Shown here one piece after another: positions 55,289 through 63,435 of a DNA stretch of 64,000 nt. Under the pieces are notes generated by a model. That model ran no database searches. It was not told the DNA's origin and saw nothing but the letters and a program-made list of their open reading frames with translations. This DNA comes from Candidatus Gallimonas faecium. Lineage in GTDB: Bacteria > Bacillota > Clostridia > Christensenellales > Borkfalkiaceae. Every line of letters starts with the position of its first letter. Positions within the stretch are counted from its first letter, which is position 1. The stretch covers positions 18,113 to 82,112 of the forward strand of contig CAJFHA010000004.1 in NCBI GenBank assembly GCA_904378075.1. The letters run 5' to 3'. The position numbers were made by a program, and so were the translations under genes.

Positions 55289-56506
55289 ATGGCACACTAT
55301 GAAGAACTGTCTGAACCGCTGAGCGAGCGCATCCGGGCGGAACACGGCCGCGCACCGCGTTCCCCCTATGCGTTTGACGAAACCAACGCCCTGCGCAGGG
55401 ACTCCAATCCGCACGACGCGGCGACCGCGCTGCGCCCCGCGTTCATCCGCGATGCGGACAAGATCCTCAACTGCCCCTATTACAACCGCTATTCGGATAA
55501 GACGCAGGTCTTTTCGCTGTATAAGAACGACGACATCACCCGCCGCAGCCTGCATGTGCAGCTCGTCTCGCGCATCGGACGCACGATCGGGCGGGCGCTC
55601 GGGCTCAACGAAGATCTGATCGAAGCGATCGCGCTGGGGCACGACATCGGACACACGCCCTTCGGTCACACGGGCGAACGCTTTCTGGACGAACTGTACC
55701 GCGCACACACGGGACAGCGCTTTGCGCACAATCTCCACTCCGTGCGCGTGCTCGACGAGATCTTTCCGCTCAATCTGTGCCTGCAGACGCTGGACGGCAT
55801 CGCCGCGCACAACGGCGAGCTGGAACTGGGCGAATACCGCCCCGCTTCTCTTGCGGACTTCGGCGCGTTCGACGCGCAGATGCAGGCGTGCCGCGCGGAT
55901 GCTTCGAACATCGCAAAACTCGTCCCCTGTACGCTGGAGGGATGCGTGGTGCGCATTTCGGACATCATCGCCTACCTCGGCAAGGACCGCCACGACGCGG
56001 AAAAGAGCAAGGCGCTCGGCGGCGCCGCGTTTGCGGACACGGGCATCGGCACCATCAATGCGGAGATCGTCAACAATCTGATGGTCAACCTTGTGGAAAA
56101 CAGCTTCGGACTGCCCTATCTGCGCCTGGACGAGCAACACTTTGCCGCCCTGAAAGCCGCAAAGCAGGAAAATTACAGGCTCATCTACCGTAACGAGGCC
56201 GTGCAGAACGCCGACGGCGTCATCCGTTCCATGATGGGCGCGATCTACGAAAAGCTGCTCTCCGACCTTAGCGAAGGGAGAAAATCCTCCCCCGTGTTCA
56301 CCCATCACCTTGCCTATCTGGACAGACCGTACTACAACCGCCACCGCCGCATGCCCTACCCCGAAACGGAAAAGAACCTGATCGTGACGGACTATATCGC
56401 GAGCATGACGGACGACTACTTTGTCGATCTGTATTCCTATCTTTTCCCGGACGGCGGGCTGCGCCTCGGTTACGTCGGCTATTTCGACGGAAGGAGGGAG
56501 CCATGA
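55289..56506 (+). CDS. dGTP triphosphohydrolase-like HD-domain protein
   Basis: Track ORF 55250..56506; start MAHYEELSE at 55289. HVQLVSRIG...LGHDIGHTPFGHTGE, a Dgt-family signature. Confidence 0.8.
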   Translation: MAHYEELSEPLSERIRAEHGRAPRSPYAFDETNALRRDSNPHDAATALRPAFIRDADKILNCPYYNRYSDKTQVFSLYKNDDITRRSLHVQLVSRIGRTIGRALGLNEDLIEAIALGHDIGHTPFGHTGERFLDELYRAHTGQRFAHNLHSVRVLDEIFPLNLCLQTLDGIAAHNGELELGEYRPASLADFGAFDAQMQACRADASNIAKLVPCTLEGCVVRISDIIAYLGKDRHDAEKSKALGGAAFADTGIGTINAEIVNNLMVNLVENSFGLPYLRLDEQHFAALKAAKQENYRLIYRNEAVQNADGVIRSMMGAIYEKLLSDLSEGRKSSPVFTHHLAYLDRPYYNRHRRMPYPETEKNLIVTDYIASMTDDYFVDLYSYLFPDGGLRLGYVGYFDGRREP

Positions 56507-56892
56507 CGCAGGTGGTCGCCGCGCTCATCGGGCGCGAAGGAAAGCTGCTCATCTGCCGCCGCCCCGCGCACAAGGCGCGGGCGCTCCTGTGGGAGTTTGC
56601 GGGCGGCAAGGTGGAAGCGGGCGAGACGAAGGAAGAGGCGCTCGTGCGCGAATGCCGCGAAGAACTCGGGATCCGCGTCCGCGTCGGAGCGGTCTATGCC
56701 GAGGTCACGCACGTCTATCCCGATCTGACCATTCATCTGACCTTGTTCCGCGCTTCCGTCGCCGAAGGCGAGCCGCAGCCGCTCGAACACAGCGAGGTGC
56801 GCTGGGTGACGCCGCAGGAGATCGAGGCTTTCGACTTCTGCCCCGCCGACAGGGAGATCGTGCACACGATCGCAAAGACGTATTCCGAATAA
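56503..56892 (+). CDS. mutT: NUDIX hydrolase, MutT-like (8-oxo-dGTP diphosphatase family)
   Basis: 129 aa. Nudix box GGKVEAGETKEEALVRECREELG. ATGA overlap with the upstream gene. Confidence 0.8.
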   Translation: MTQVVAALIGREGKLLICRRPAHKARALLWEFAGGKVEAGETKEEALVRECREELGIRVRVGAVYAEVTHVYPDLTIHLTLFRASVAEGEPQPLEHSEVRWVTPQEIEAFDFCPADREIVHTIAKTYSE

Positions 56893-56902
56893 GGAGACCT
56901 GC

Positions 56903-57943
56903 ATGCTTGCCTATACCTATCTTGCAAAAGGAACATTCGCGCTGACGCAGAAGCCGAAGCCGCGGCTGCTCGGTCCGCGCGATGCTGTTGTCCGCGTGAC
57001 GCTCGCCAGCATCTGCACGAGCGATCTGCACATCCGCAACGGTGCGGTGCCGCGCGCCGTGCCGGGGATCGCCGTCGGGCACGAGTTCGTGGGCGTCGTG
57101 GAGGAAGCGGGGGATGCCGTCCGCCACGTGCGCAGGGGCGACCGCGTTGCGGTCAACGTGGAGACGTACTGCGGCGAATGCTTCTTCTGCCGGAACGGCT
57201 GGGTGAACAACTGCACCCATCCGCTGGGCGGCTGGGCGCTCGGCTGCCGCATCGACGGCGGACAGGCGGAGTACGCGCGCATCCCCTTTGCGGACACCAA
57301 CCTGATCCCCATTCCCGACGGCGTGAGCGACGAGCGCGCGCTGTTCACGGGCGACCTGCTCTCCACGGGCTATTGGGCTGCAAAGATCGCCGAAATCCGC
57401 AAGGGCGATACCGTACTTGTGATCGGCGCAGGCCCCGCGGGCTACTGCGCAGCCCTGTGCGCGCTGCTGCATGCGCCCGCCCGCCTTGTGGTGTGCGAAA
57501 GCGATCCCTTCCGCCGCGCGTTCCTGCAGGAACACATTCCGCAGGCGGAAGCCGTCTCTCCCGCGCAGGCGCTTCCCCTGCTCTCCCGCACGGAGCGCGG
57601 CGGCGCGGACGCCGTCATCGAGGCGGCGGGCACCAAGGAAAGTTTCCGCCTGGCATGGGAGTGCGCGCGCCCCAACGCCGTTGTGGCGGTCGTCGCCATG
57701 TACGAAGAGGCGCAGACGCTTCCCCTGCCGGACATGTACGGCAAGAACCTTACCTTCAAGACGGGCGGCGTGGACGGCTGCGACTGCCGGAAGGTCATGG
57801 AACTCATCGCCGCGGGCGCGCTGGACGCGACGCCGCTCATCACTCACCGCGTTCCGTTTTCCGAAATCGACCGCGCATACGAACTGTTCGAGGCAAAAAA
57901 AGACGGCGTCATGAAGATCGCCGTACAGATGGAACATATGTGA
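56903..57943 (+). CDS. Zinc-dependent medium-chain alcohol dehydrogenase family oxidoreductase
   Basis: 346 aa with GHEFVGVV, the structural-zinc CGECFFCRNGWVNNC and the Rossmann motif VIGAGPAG. Confidence 0.85.
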   Translation: MLAYTYLAKGTFALTQKPKPRLLGPRDAVVRVTLASICTSDLHIRNGAVPRAVPGIAVGHEFVGVVEEAGDAVRHVRRGDRVAVNVETYCGECFFCRNGWVNNCTHPLGGWALGCRIDGGQAEYARIPFADTNLIPIPDGVSDERALFTGDLLSTGYWAAKIAEIRKGDTVLVIGAGPAGYCAALCALLHAPARLVVCESDPFRRAFLQEHIPQAEAVSPAQALPLLSRTERGGADAVIEAAGTKESFRLAWECARPNAVVAVVAMYEEAQTLPLPDMYGKNLTFKTGGVDGCDCRKVMELIAAGALDATPLITHRVPFSEIDRAYELFEAKKDGVMKIAVQMEHM

Positions 57944-57962
57944 CATATGGGCTCTCCCACAC

Positions 57963-57999
57963 AAAAAGCCCGCCGCAGAATTTCTGCGGCGGGCTTTTG
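57963..57999. terminator. Bidirectional intrinsic terminator
   Basis: AAAAAGCCCGCCGCAGA-ATT-TCTGCGGCGGGCTTTTG. Confidence 0.8.
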
Positions 58000-58006
58000 C
58001 CTGCTT

Positions 58007-58363
58007 TTATTTTGATACTTCCAAAAGTTCATCGGAAAGCGACACGATCTTTTCCGCATACTTTTTCTTGCGCGACTTTAAGATCATCCGATAGAAAAAA
58101 TAGTCGGAGACGACCATCGCAATGCCGACGACGCCGATCACGATGCCAAGCGGCATGAGACTCCCGATCACTTCCATGGCAAGGCACATGCCTATGCCGA
58201 GCACGAGCGCTCCGACGATGCCGAACGTGTAAGCGAAGATCTCCGCAGGACGGCGCGCCGCCCTGTCGAGCTGCTGCAGCTGTTCCAGCTTGCTCGCCTC
58301 ATCGCTTTGCGGCGCATACGCCGCACGCACTCTTTCCGCCAAATTTCTTTCCTGTTCTTCCAT
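58007..58363 (-). CDS. Small two-TM protein, paralogue of 59401..59790
   Basis: Track ORF 58007..58498; start MEEQERNL at 58363 behind AAAGGAGG. Shares the RAAY...KLE.L..L...2 TM...KKKYAEKIVSLSDELL layout with its paralogue. Confidence 0.7.
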   Translation of the reverse strand: MEEQERNLAERVRAAYAPQSDEASKLEQLQQLDRAARRPAEIFAYTFGIVGALVLGIGMCLAMEVIGSLMPLGIVIGVVGIAMVVSDYFFYRMILKSRKKKYAEKIVSLSDELLEVSK

Positions 58364-58507
58364 AACTGTTGCCTCCTTTTGATTTACGCCCCTATGATAA
58401 CGGAAGGATGTTTCCGAATGTTTGCCCTTTTGTAAACGAAACGTAACTTGTTTGTAAAAGAAATGTAAACGCCCGCCTGCATATGCAGGCGGGCGCACGC
58501 GACCGGT

Positions 58508-59284
58508 TCAGACGATCTGAATATCGAGTTTTCTGAGTTTTTCGAAAAGTTCCTCTTCCTCCGACGGAAGGTCCTCTGCCTTTTCGATCTTCTGCCGCAG
58601 CGCAAGCATCTCTTCGTCCGTACGGGCGATGACGTCGGCACAGCCGCGCAGGCGGTCAACGACCTCCTGCTGCCCGGGGATACTGCGCTTGTATTTGATC
58701 TGATGCTCCAGGCTTGCCCAAAAATCCATGGCGATGGTGCGGATCTGCACCTCCACGTTGACGTCCTTTTTCTGCTCGGCAAAAAACACGGGAATGCTGA
58801 CGATCAGATGCAGACTTCTGTAGCCGTTCGGCTTGGGGTTCCGGATGTAGTCCTTCCGCGCGATCAGCCGGATGTCGTCCTGCTTGAGCAGCGCGTCGGC
58901 GATCATGTAAATGTCGTCGATATACGAACACACCACGCGGATCCCCGCGATGTCGTAGATATTTTTTTCGACGCTCTCGAGCGACAGCGGCAGGTTGCGT
59001 GCCAGCAGTTTTCTTGCGGTGCTCTCCGTACTCTTCAGGCGCGTCGAGATCGAACTGATGGGATTGCGGCTGTACTTGACGTTAAATTCGGTGTTCAGCA
59101 CATCAAACTTCGTCCTGATCTCTTTGAGCGCGCAGGCGTACATCATGCGCATTTCCTTGTAGCGCACGGCGGACCACATGATCTTTTTGGTCCTGTCATA
59201 GAGGGCGTCCGGCGAGGAGAGCAGATCGAGGGACAATTCCGCCGCCTGCGCTCCGGGCAGGAGATCTTCGTCTTCTTTCATCAT
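58508..59284 (-). CDS. Small alarmone synthetase (RelQ/RelP-type GTP pyrophosphokinase)
   Basis: Track ORF 58508..59404; start MMKEDE at 59284. DIAGIRVVC, NGYRSLHLIV and EVQIRTIAMDFWASLEH motifs. No HD, TGS or ACT domains. Confidence 0.85.
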   Translation of the reverse strand: MMKEDEDLLPGAQAAELSLDLLSSPDALYDRTKKIMWSAVRYKEMRMMYACALKEIRTKFDVLNTEFNVKYSRNPISSISTRLKSTESTARKLLARNLPLSLESVEKNIYDIAGIRVVCSYIDDIYMIADALLKQDDIRLIARKDYIRNPKPNGYRSLHLIVSIPVFFAEQKKDVNVEVQIRTIAMDFWASLEHQIKYKRSIPGQQEVVDRLRGCADVIARTDEEMLALRQKIEKAEDLPSEEEELFEKLRKLDIQIV

Positions 59285-59400
59285 GTTTCCTTCCCATATC
59301 TGATTTCGGATCATGTCCGTCAGTATAACAATACCCGCCCCAACGGGCGGGTAACCGTGAAAACGGTAAAAATTCCGTGAAATTCTCCGCGCGGATGCAC

Positions 59401-59790
59401 TCACCGTCCGTCATCGTCGCCGAGCAGTTCTTCGGAGAGGCGGACGATCTCTTCGCCGTATTTTTCCTTTCCGCGCCGCAAAACAAAATTATAGGCGGGT
59501 GCGGCCGCCGCCATGGGCAGCACGCCGGCGGCAGAAACCGCCACGCCGCCCGCAAGAATGCCCCATTCAAGGATCATCGTCATGCCCAGCCCGAACACCA
59601 GCAGCCCCAAAACGCCCAGCGTCAGCGCAACGGACATGGCGACGTTCTTTACGCGCGCGTTGAGACGGCGCAGGCGCTCCAGCTTCTCCGAACGAACGTC
59701 CTTCCGATAGGCGGCGCGGATGCTCTCGATCTCCCTGCGCTCTTCCTCCGTGGGCGCGGTATAGGTATAACGAAACTTTTTATCGCTCAT
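59401..59790 (-). CDS. Small two-TM protein, paralogue of 58007..58363
   Basis: Track ORF 59401..59811; start MSDKKFRYTYT at 59790 behind GGGAGG. Ends KEKYGEEIVRLSEELL. Confidence 0.7.
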   Translation of the reverse strand: MSDKKFRYTYTAPTEEERREIESIRAAYRKDVRSEKLERLRRLNARVKNVAMSVALTLGVLGLLVFGLGMTMILEWGILAGGVAVSAAGVLPMAAAAPAYNFVLRRGKEKYGEEIVRLSEELLGDDDGR

Positions 59791-60703
59791 CGGGAACGAC
59801 CTCCCTCTCACTTCTGATTTGTCCCAGCTTACGGCAGGCGCGGATGATCATATACGATCCGAGCGCGATGGTCAGCGCGCATACAAGAAATCCCGTGATG
59901 ATATTCATGACGCGCATGTCCTCGTCAACGCTGCCGTTGACTGCCACAAGCGTGATCTGCAGTGCGAACAGCGAGACGAGCGCGTTTGACAGGTTGATAT
60001 TGCGCAGCGATTGCAGCAGAGGATCGCCCGTCTTGCGTACCTTAAATACCTGCACGACGTAAAGAATGACGCGATAGAAGGTGTACGCCGCCGAAGCGAT
60101 CGCCATGACGAGGGAAGGCGTCTGCGGACGGCCGAACAGCACCGTCTGCGTCACAAATACCGCAAGTGCGATTTCCAGCACGAGAAGCGCCGCTCCGCAG
60201 GCGCGGAAAATGCGCCACTTGTCCTCCCTCAGTTTTTCCTCGTCCCCCGCCGCACGCTTTTTTGCGCTTCTTCCGCCCAGAAGAACGCCGCCGCGCATCA
60301 GGCTCAGCAGCAGGTAGTAACCGGCAAGCGCGCCATACCACACCGAACGCCACAGGACGGCAAGCACGATATGCACGATCGCATAGCCTGCATTGACGGC
60401 AAAGGAACAGACGGAAAACGCAACCGTACGATAGCCGTAATCGGAGATCAGATTGCCGGTAAACGCATGTCTGTTTGCCCGTGCGACGATTCCCGCCTTC
60501 ATGCGCGGCGAAAGCCGGACCGCAAGAAAGATCCCGTAGGCGAGAATGACGGCCGCAAGCACATAGACCGCATATGCCCACACCTGCGTGATCTCAAACG
60601 CCACGATCGCAATGCTGCCCGCCACCGCCCCCGGCGCGCACAGCCAGACGAGCGCGGCAAAGGCGAGCGGCGGATCCTTCAAAAACCGAAACAGACGCCT
60701 CAT
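59780..60703 (-). CDS. Polytopic membrane protein of unknown function (~8 TM)
   Basis: Track ORF 59780..61060, whose Arg-rich N-terminus overlaps the kinase. The ATG at 60703 overlaps the kinase stop (ATGA). MRRLFRFLKDPPLAFAALVWL... Confidence 0.7.
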   Translation of the reverse strand: MRRLFRFLKDPPLAFAALVWLCAPGAVAGSIAIVAFEITQVWAYAVYVLAAVILAYGIFLAVRLSPRMKAGIVARANRHAFTGNLISDYGYRTVAFSVCSFAVNAGYAIVHIVLAVLWRSVWYGALAGYYLLLSLMRGGVLLGGRSAKKRAAGDEEKLREDKWRIFRACGAALLVLEIALAVFVTQTVLFGRPQTPSLVMAIASAAYTFYRVILYVVQVFKVRKTGDPLLQSLRNINLSNALVSLFALQITLVAVNGSVDEDMRVMNIITGFLVCALTIALGSYMIIRACRKLGQIRSEREVVPDER

Positions 60704-61776
60704 ATGCGTTCGGGGAGCGTCACGCGGAATGTGCTGCCCCTGCCCTCCTCGCTCTCTACCGAGATCTCGCCGCCCAGCACGTCTATGACCTTTTTGACGA
60801 GCGCAAGCCCCAGGCCGTTCCCCTCCTTCGCGTGGGAAGTGTCGCCCTGATAAAATTGTTCGAAAATGTGCCGTCCCGTCTCCGCAGACATGCCGCAGCC
60901 CGTATCCGAGACGGTGACAACGGCGTGTCCGTGCTCCCGCCCGAGCGCGACGGAGATCCGTCCGCTGTCCGTAAATTTGACGGCGTTGGAGAGCAGGTTG
61001 TTCCAGACGAGTTCCAGACACCCCGCGTCCGAGCGGATGATCGCTTCCTCCAGATCGCACGAAAGCTCCAGCCCCTTTGCCTCGATCGTCTCCTCAAACT
61101 GCAGAATGCACTGCGCGAGCTGCTCGTCAAGACGCACGTCGGAAATTTCCGCGCCGAGCTTGCGGTGCTCGAGGCGGTTGAGCCGCAGCACGTTGTGCAC
61201 AAGCGCGGCAAGGCGCTGCGCCGCCTGGCGCAAAACTTCCAGATATTCCCCGCGCGTCTTTTCATCCAGACCGTCCTTGGAGAGCGCCTGCGCATAGCTC
61301 TGAATGACCGCAAGCGGCGTTTTGATCTCATGCGAGACATTGGAAATAAAGGAAAGACGCGCCTTTTCCGCTTCGGCAAGTTCTTCCGCCGCACGGTTCA
61401 GATCGAGCAGAATCCGGTCGTAAACGTCATAATTTCCGTACACATGCGCAGCGTCTGCGCGCGCCGAAAAATCCCCCTCGGCAATGCGGCGCGCCATATC
61501 GGCAATGCGTCCGACGGGACGGTCCACGGTGACCTTGCGCAACAGCAGTTCAAACACGGTGAGCGCGAGCGAAAGAAACACGACTGCGACCAGCATGACC
61601 GCCGCAACCGCGCCCGTATCGTCTGCAAACGCCTCGGAAGCCGCCTTCTGTACGAACACCGCCACCGTGATGATCGCCGCGACCGCAAGAAAGCGCACGG
61701 CATAGGCGACGATCAGCATCAGCGCACGCCTTCCGCCCGGGCGCATGCCCCGTTCCCCGGAGGACGCCGCCCTCAT
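60700..61776 (-). CDS. Sensor histidine kinase, intramembrane-sensing type
   Basis: 358 aa. Two TM helices with a ~15-aa loop, a HAMP domain, H-box FISNVSHEIKTPL, and N/G boxes (NLLSNAVKFT, GNGLGLALV). Confidence 0.88.
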   Translation of the reverse strand: MRAASSGERGMRPGGRRALMLIVAYAVRFLAVAAIITVAVFVQKAASEAFADDTGAVAAVMLVAVVFLSLALTVFELLLRKVTVDRPVGRIADMARRIAEGDFSARADAAHVYGNYDVYDRILLDLNRAAEELAEAEKARLSFISNVSHEIKTPLAVIQSYAQALSKDGLDEKTRGEYLEVLRQAAQRLAALVHNVLRLNRLEHRKLGAEISDVRLDEQLAQCILQFEETIEAKGLELSCDLEEAIIRSDAGCLELVWNNLLSNAVKFTDSGRISVALGREHGHAVVTVSDTGCGMSAETGRHIFEQFYQGDTSHAKEGNGLGLALVKKVIDVLGGEISVESEEGRGSTFRVTLPERI

Positions 61777-62444
61777 TTCAAAACCGCCTTATAGCCGAGC
61801 CCGTGTACGGTGACGATCTCGAATCCCGTACAGCAGGAAGTCTTTTCGCGCAACTTGGACATATATACGTCCACCGTGCGGGACGTCGCCGAGGAGTCGT
61901 AATCCCAGAATTCGTCCATGAGCTGCGTGCGCGTGAAGGTCCGCCGCGGGAAGGAAAGAAGTTTGAACAGCAAATCAAATTCGCGCACGGTGAGCGGAAG
62001 CTCTTCCCCGTCCGCATACGCCGTGTGCTCGTCCTTGTTCATGGTCAGATTTCCGACGGTCAGCGTACGGCTGCGCTCGATGTTCGCGCGCCGCAGCAGC
62101 GCGCCCACCCGCAGCAGAAGAATATCCGTATCGAAAGGTTTGACCACATAGTCGTCCGCGCCGAGCGCAAATCCGCGCTGTTCGGCGGTCTTATCGTCGA
62201 GCGCCGTCATGAAGAGAATGGGGATGCGTCCGTCTGTCCGGCGCACCTGTTCGGCAAGCCCGAATCCGTCGAGCGCGGGCATCATGACGTCGGTGACGAT
62301 CATGTCGATCCCGCCCTGCTCAAACGCAGCGAGCGCCTGCGCGCCGTCCGCACAGGCGACCGTCCCGTACCCGCCGTTCTGAAGCGCCGTACAGACGAGC
62401 TTTAAAAGCGCCGCGTCGTCCTCCGCCACAAGAATTCTGACCAT
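61773..62444 (-). CDS. OmpR/PhoB-family response regulator
   Basis: Track ORF 61773..62462; start MVRILVAEDD at 62444 behind GGGAGGGG. Receiver Asp in MIVTDVMMP and a winged-helix C-terminus (LTVREFDLLFKL...GLGYK). Confidence 0.9.
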   Translation of the reverse strand: MVRILVAEDDAALLKLVCTALQNGGYGTVACADGAQALAAFEQGGIDMIVTDVMMPALDGFGLAEQVRRTDGRIPILFMTALDDKTAEQRGFALGADDYVVKPFDTDILLLRVGALLRRANIERSRTLTVGNLTMNKDEHTAYADGEELPLTVREFDLLFKLLSFPRRTFTRTQLMDEFWDYDSSATSRTVDVYMSKLREKTSCCTGFEIVTVHGLGYKAVLK

Positions 62445-62538
62445 ACCCGTCCCCTCCCGCAAACGATCTTACCATGCGCCTGTTGCCGAATTGCTAAAAA
62501 GTTGTTAAAAATTTGTAAAAGCAGCGCGGCGCATGTTC

Positions 62539-62567
62539 AGTATACCATGCGCCGCGCCCGGATGCAA
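62539..62567 (-). promoter_or_regulatory. Two-component operon promoter, TTGCAT-17 nt-TATACT with TG extension
   Basis: Minus strand reads TTGCATCCGGGCGCGGCGCATGGTATACT. Confidence 0.55.
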
Positions 62568-62629
62568 CCGATTTTTCCGTTTCGCCTGTCCTCTGCGGAG
62601 GATCGCGCCCGACGCGCTCATGATACGGA

Positions 62630-62662
62630 AAAACCGCCGCCCCGTTCGGGCGGCGGTTTTTT
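62630..62662 (-). terminator. Intrinsic terminator of the DUF4886-like gene
   Basis: Minus strand reads AAAAAACCGCCGCCCGAACGGGGCGGCGGTTTTT. Confidence 0.8.
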
Positions 62663-62670
62663 CGCGTAGT

Positions 62671-63435
62671 TCAGTTCTGCTGTACCGGGGGCAGATAGAT
62701 CTTAAACGCCGCTTTTGCGGCGGCTTCCTGCCCCGTCAGAACGGAGGAATCCGTCTTGGCAAGGTTGAACGCACGGTAGATATACCCGTCCCACCACTCT
62801 TCAGTGATGACCAGATAGCGGTAGGTTTCATTCCCGGGGCGGCTGTCCTGCGCGGCATCCGTCTTCCATGCGTCGGGGCGGTACTGCCAGCCGTCTGCAA
62901 GCACGATCACCGTGCCGACGGGCAACTCTTCCTTGGTGAAGCGCTTGGTCGCAAAGAACTTGGGACTGAGCGACGAGTTGTCCGTTATGGGCGTATTGAA
63001 ATTCTTTTCGTCCGTACTGTTATAAAATCCAGGCGAAAGATCGTAGCTCATCTCCCGATAGCCCATCTCTTCCAATGTCTGCGTCTCTTTGGGGATGTAG
63101 ATCTTCAATGCGTCGTACGCCTCTTCTTCCTTCCCTTCGATGACGGGCAGCCCTACCTTTGCGAGATTGAACGCGCGATACATATATCCGGACCACCACT
63201 CCGGCGTCACGGTGACGACGCGCGCGGTCACGTTGTCCGGACGGGAAGCCTGTACCGCATCCTTCTTCCATGCTTCGGGGCGATACTGCCAGCCGCCTTT
63301 CAGCAAGATGACCGTACCGATCGGAAGTTCTTCGGGCGTGAAACGCTTGGTGGCAAAAAATTTGGGACTGAGATTCCCGTCTTGGGTGATCAACGAATTA
63401 TATTGATTGGGATCGCTGCTGTTATAGAATCCCAA
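62671..63435 (-). CDS. C-terminal part of a secreted SGNH/DUF4886-like protein: two tandem ~125-aa repeat domains (frame B)
   Basis: 254-aa ORF with an internal duplication: GFYNSSDPNQ...LSPKFFATKRFTPEELPIGTVILLKGGWQYRPEAW...YRAFNLAK versus GFYNSTDEKN...LSPKFFATKRFTKEELPVGTVIVLADGWQYRPDAW...YRAFNLAK. Confidence 0.7.
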   Translation of the reverse strand: MGFYNSSDPNQYNSLITQDGNLSPKFFATKRFTPEELPIGTVILLKGGWQYRPEAWKKDAVQASRPDNVTARVVTVTPEWWSGYMYRAFNLAKVGLPVIEGKEEEAYDALKIYIPKETQTLEEMGYREMSYDLSPGFYNSTDEKNFNTPITDNSSLSPKFFATKRFTKEELPVGTVIVLADGWQYRPDAWKTDAAQDSRPGNETYRYLVITEEWWDGYIYRAFNLAKTDSSVLTGQEAAAKAAFKIYLPPVQQN

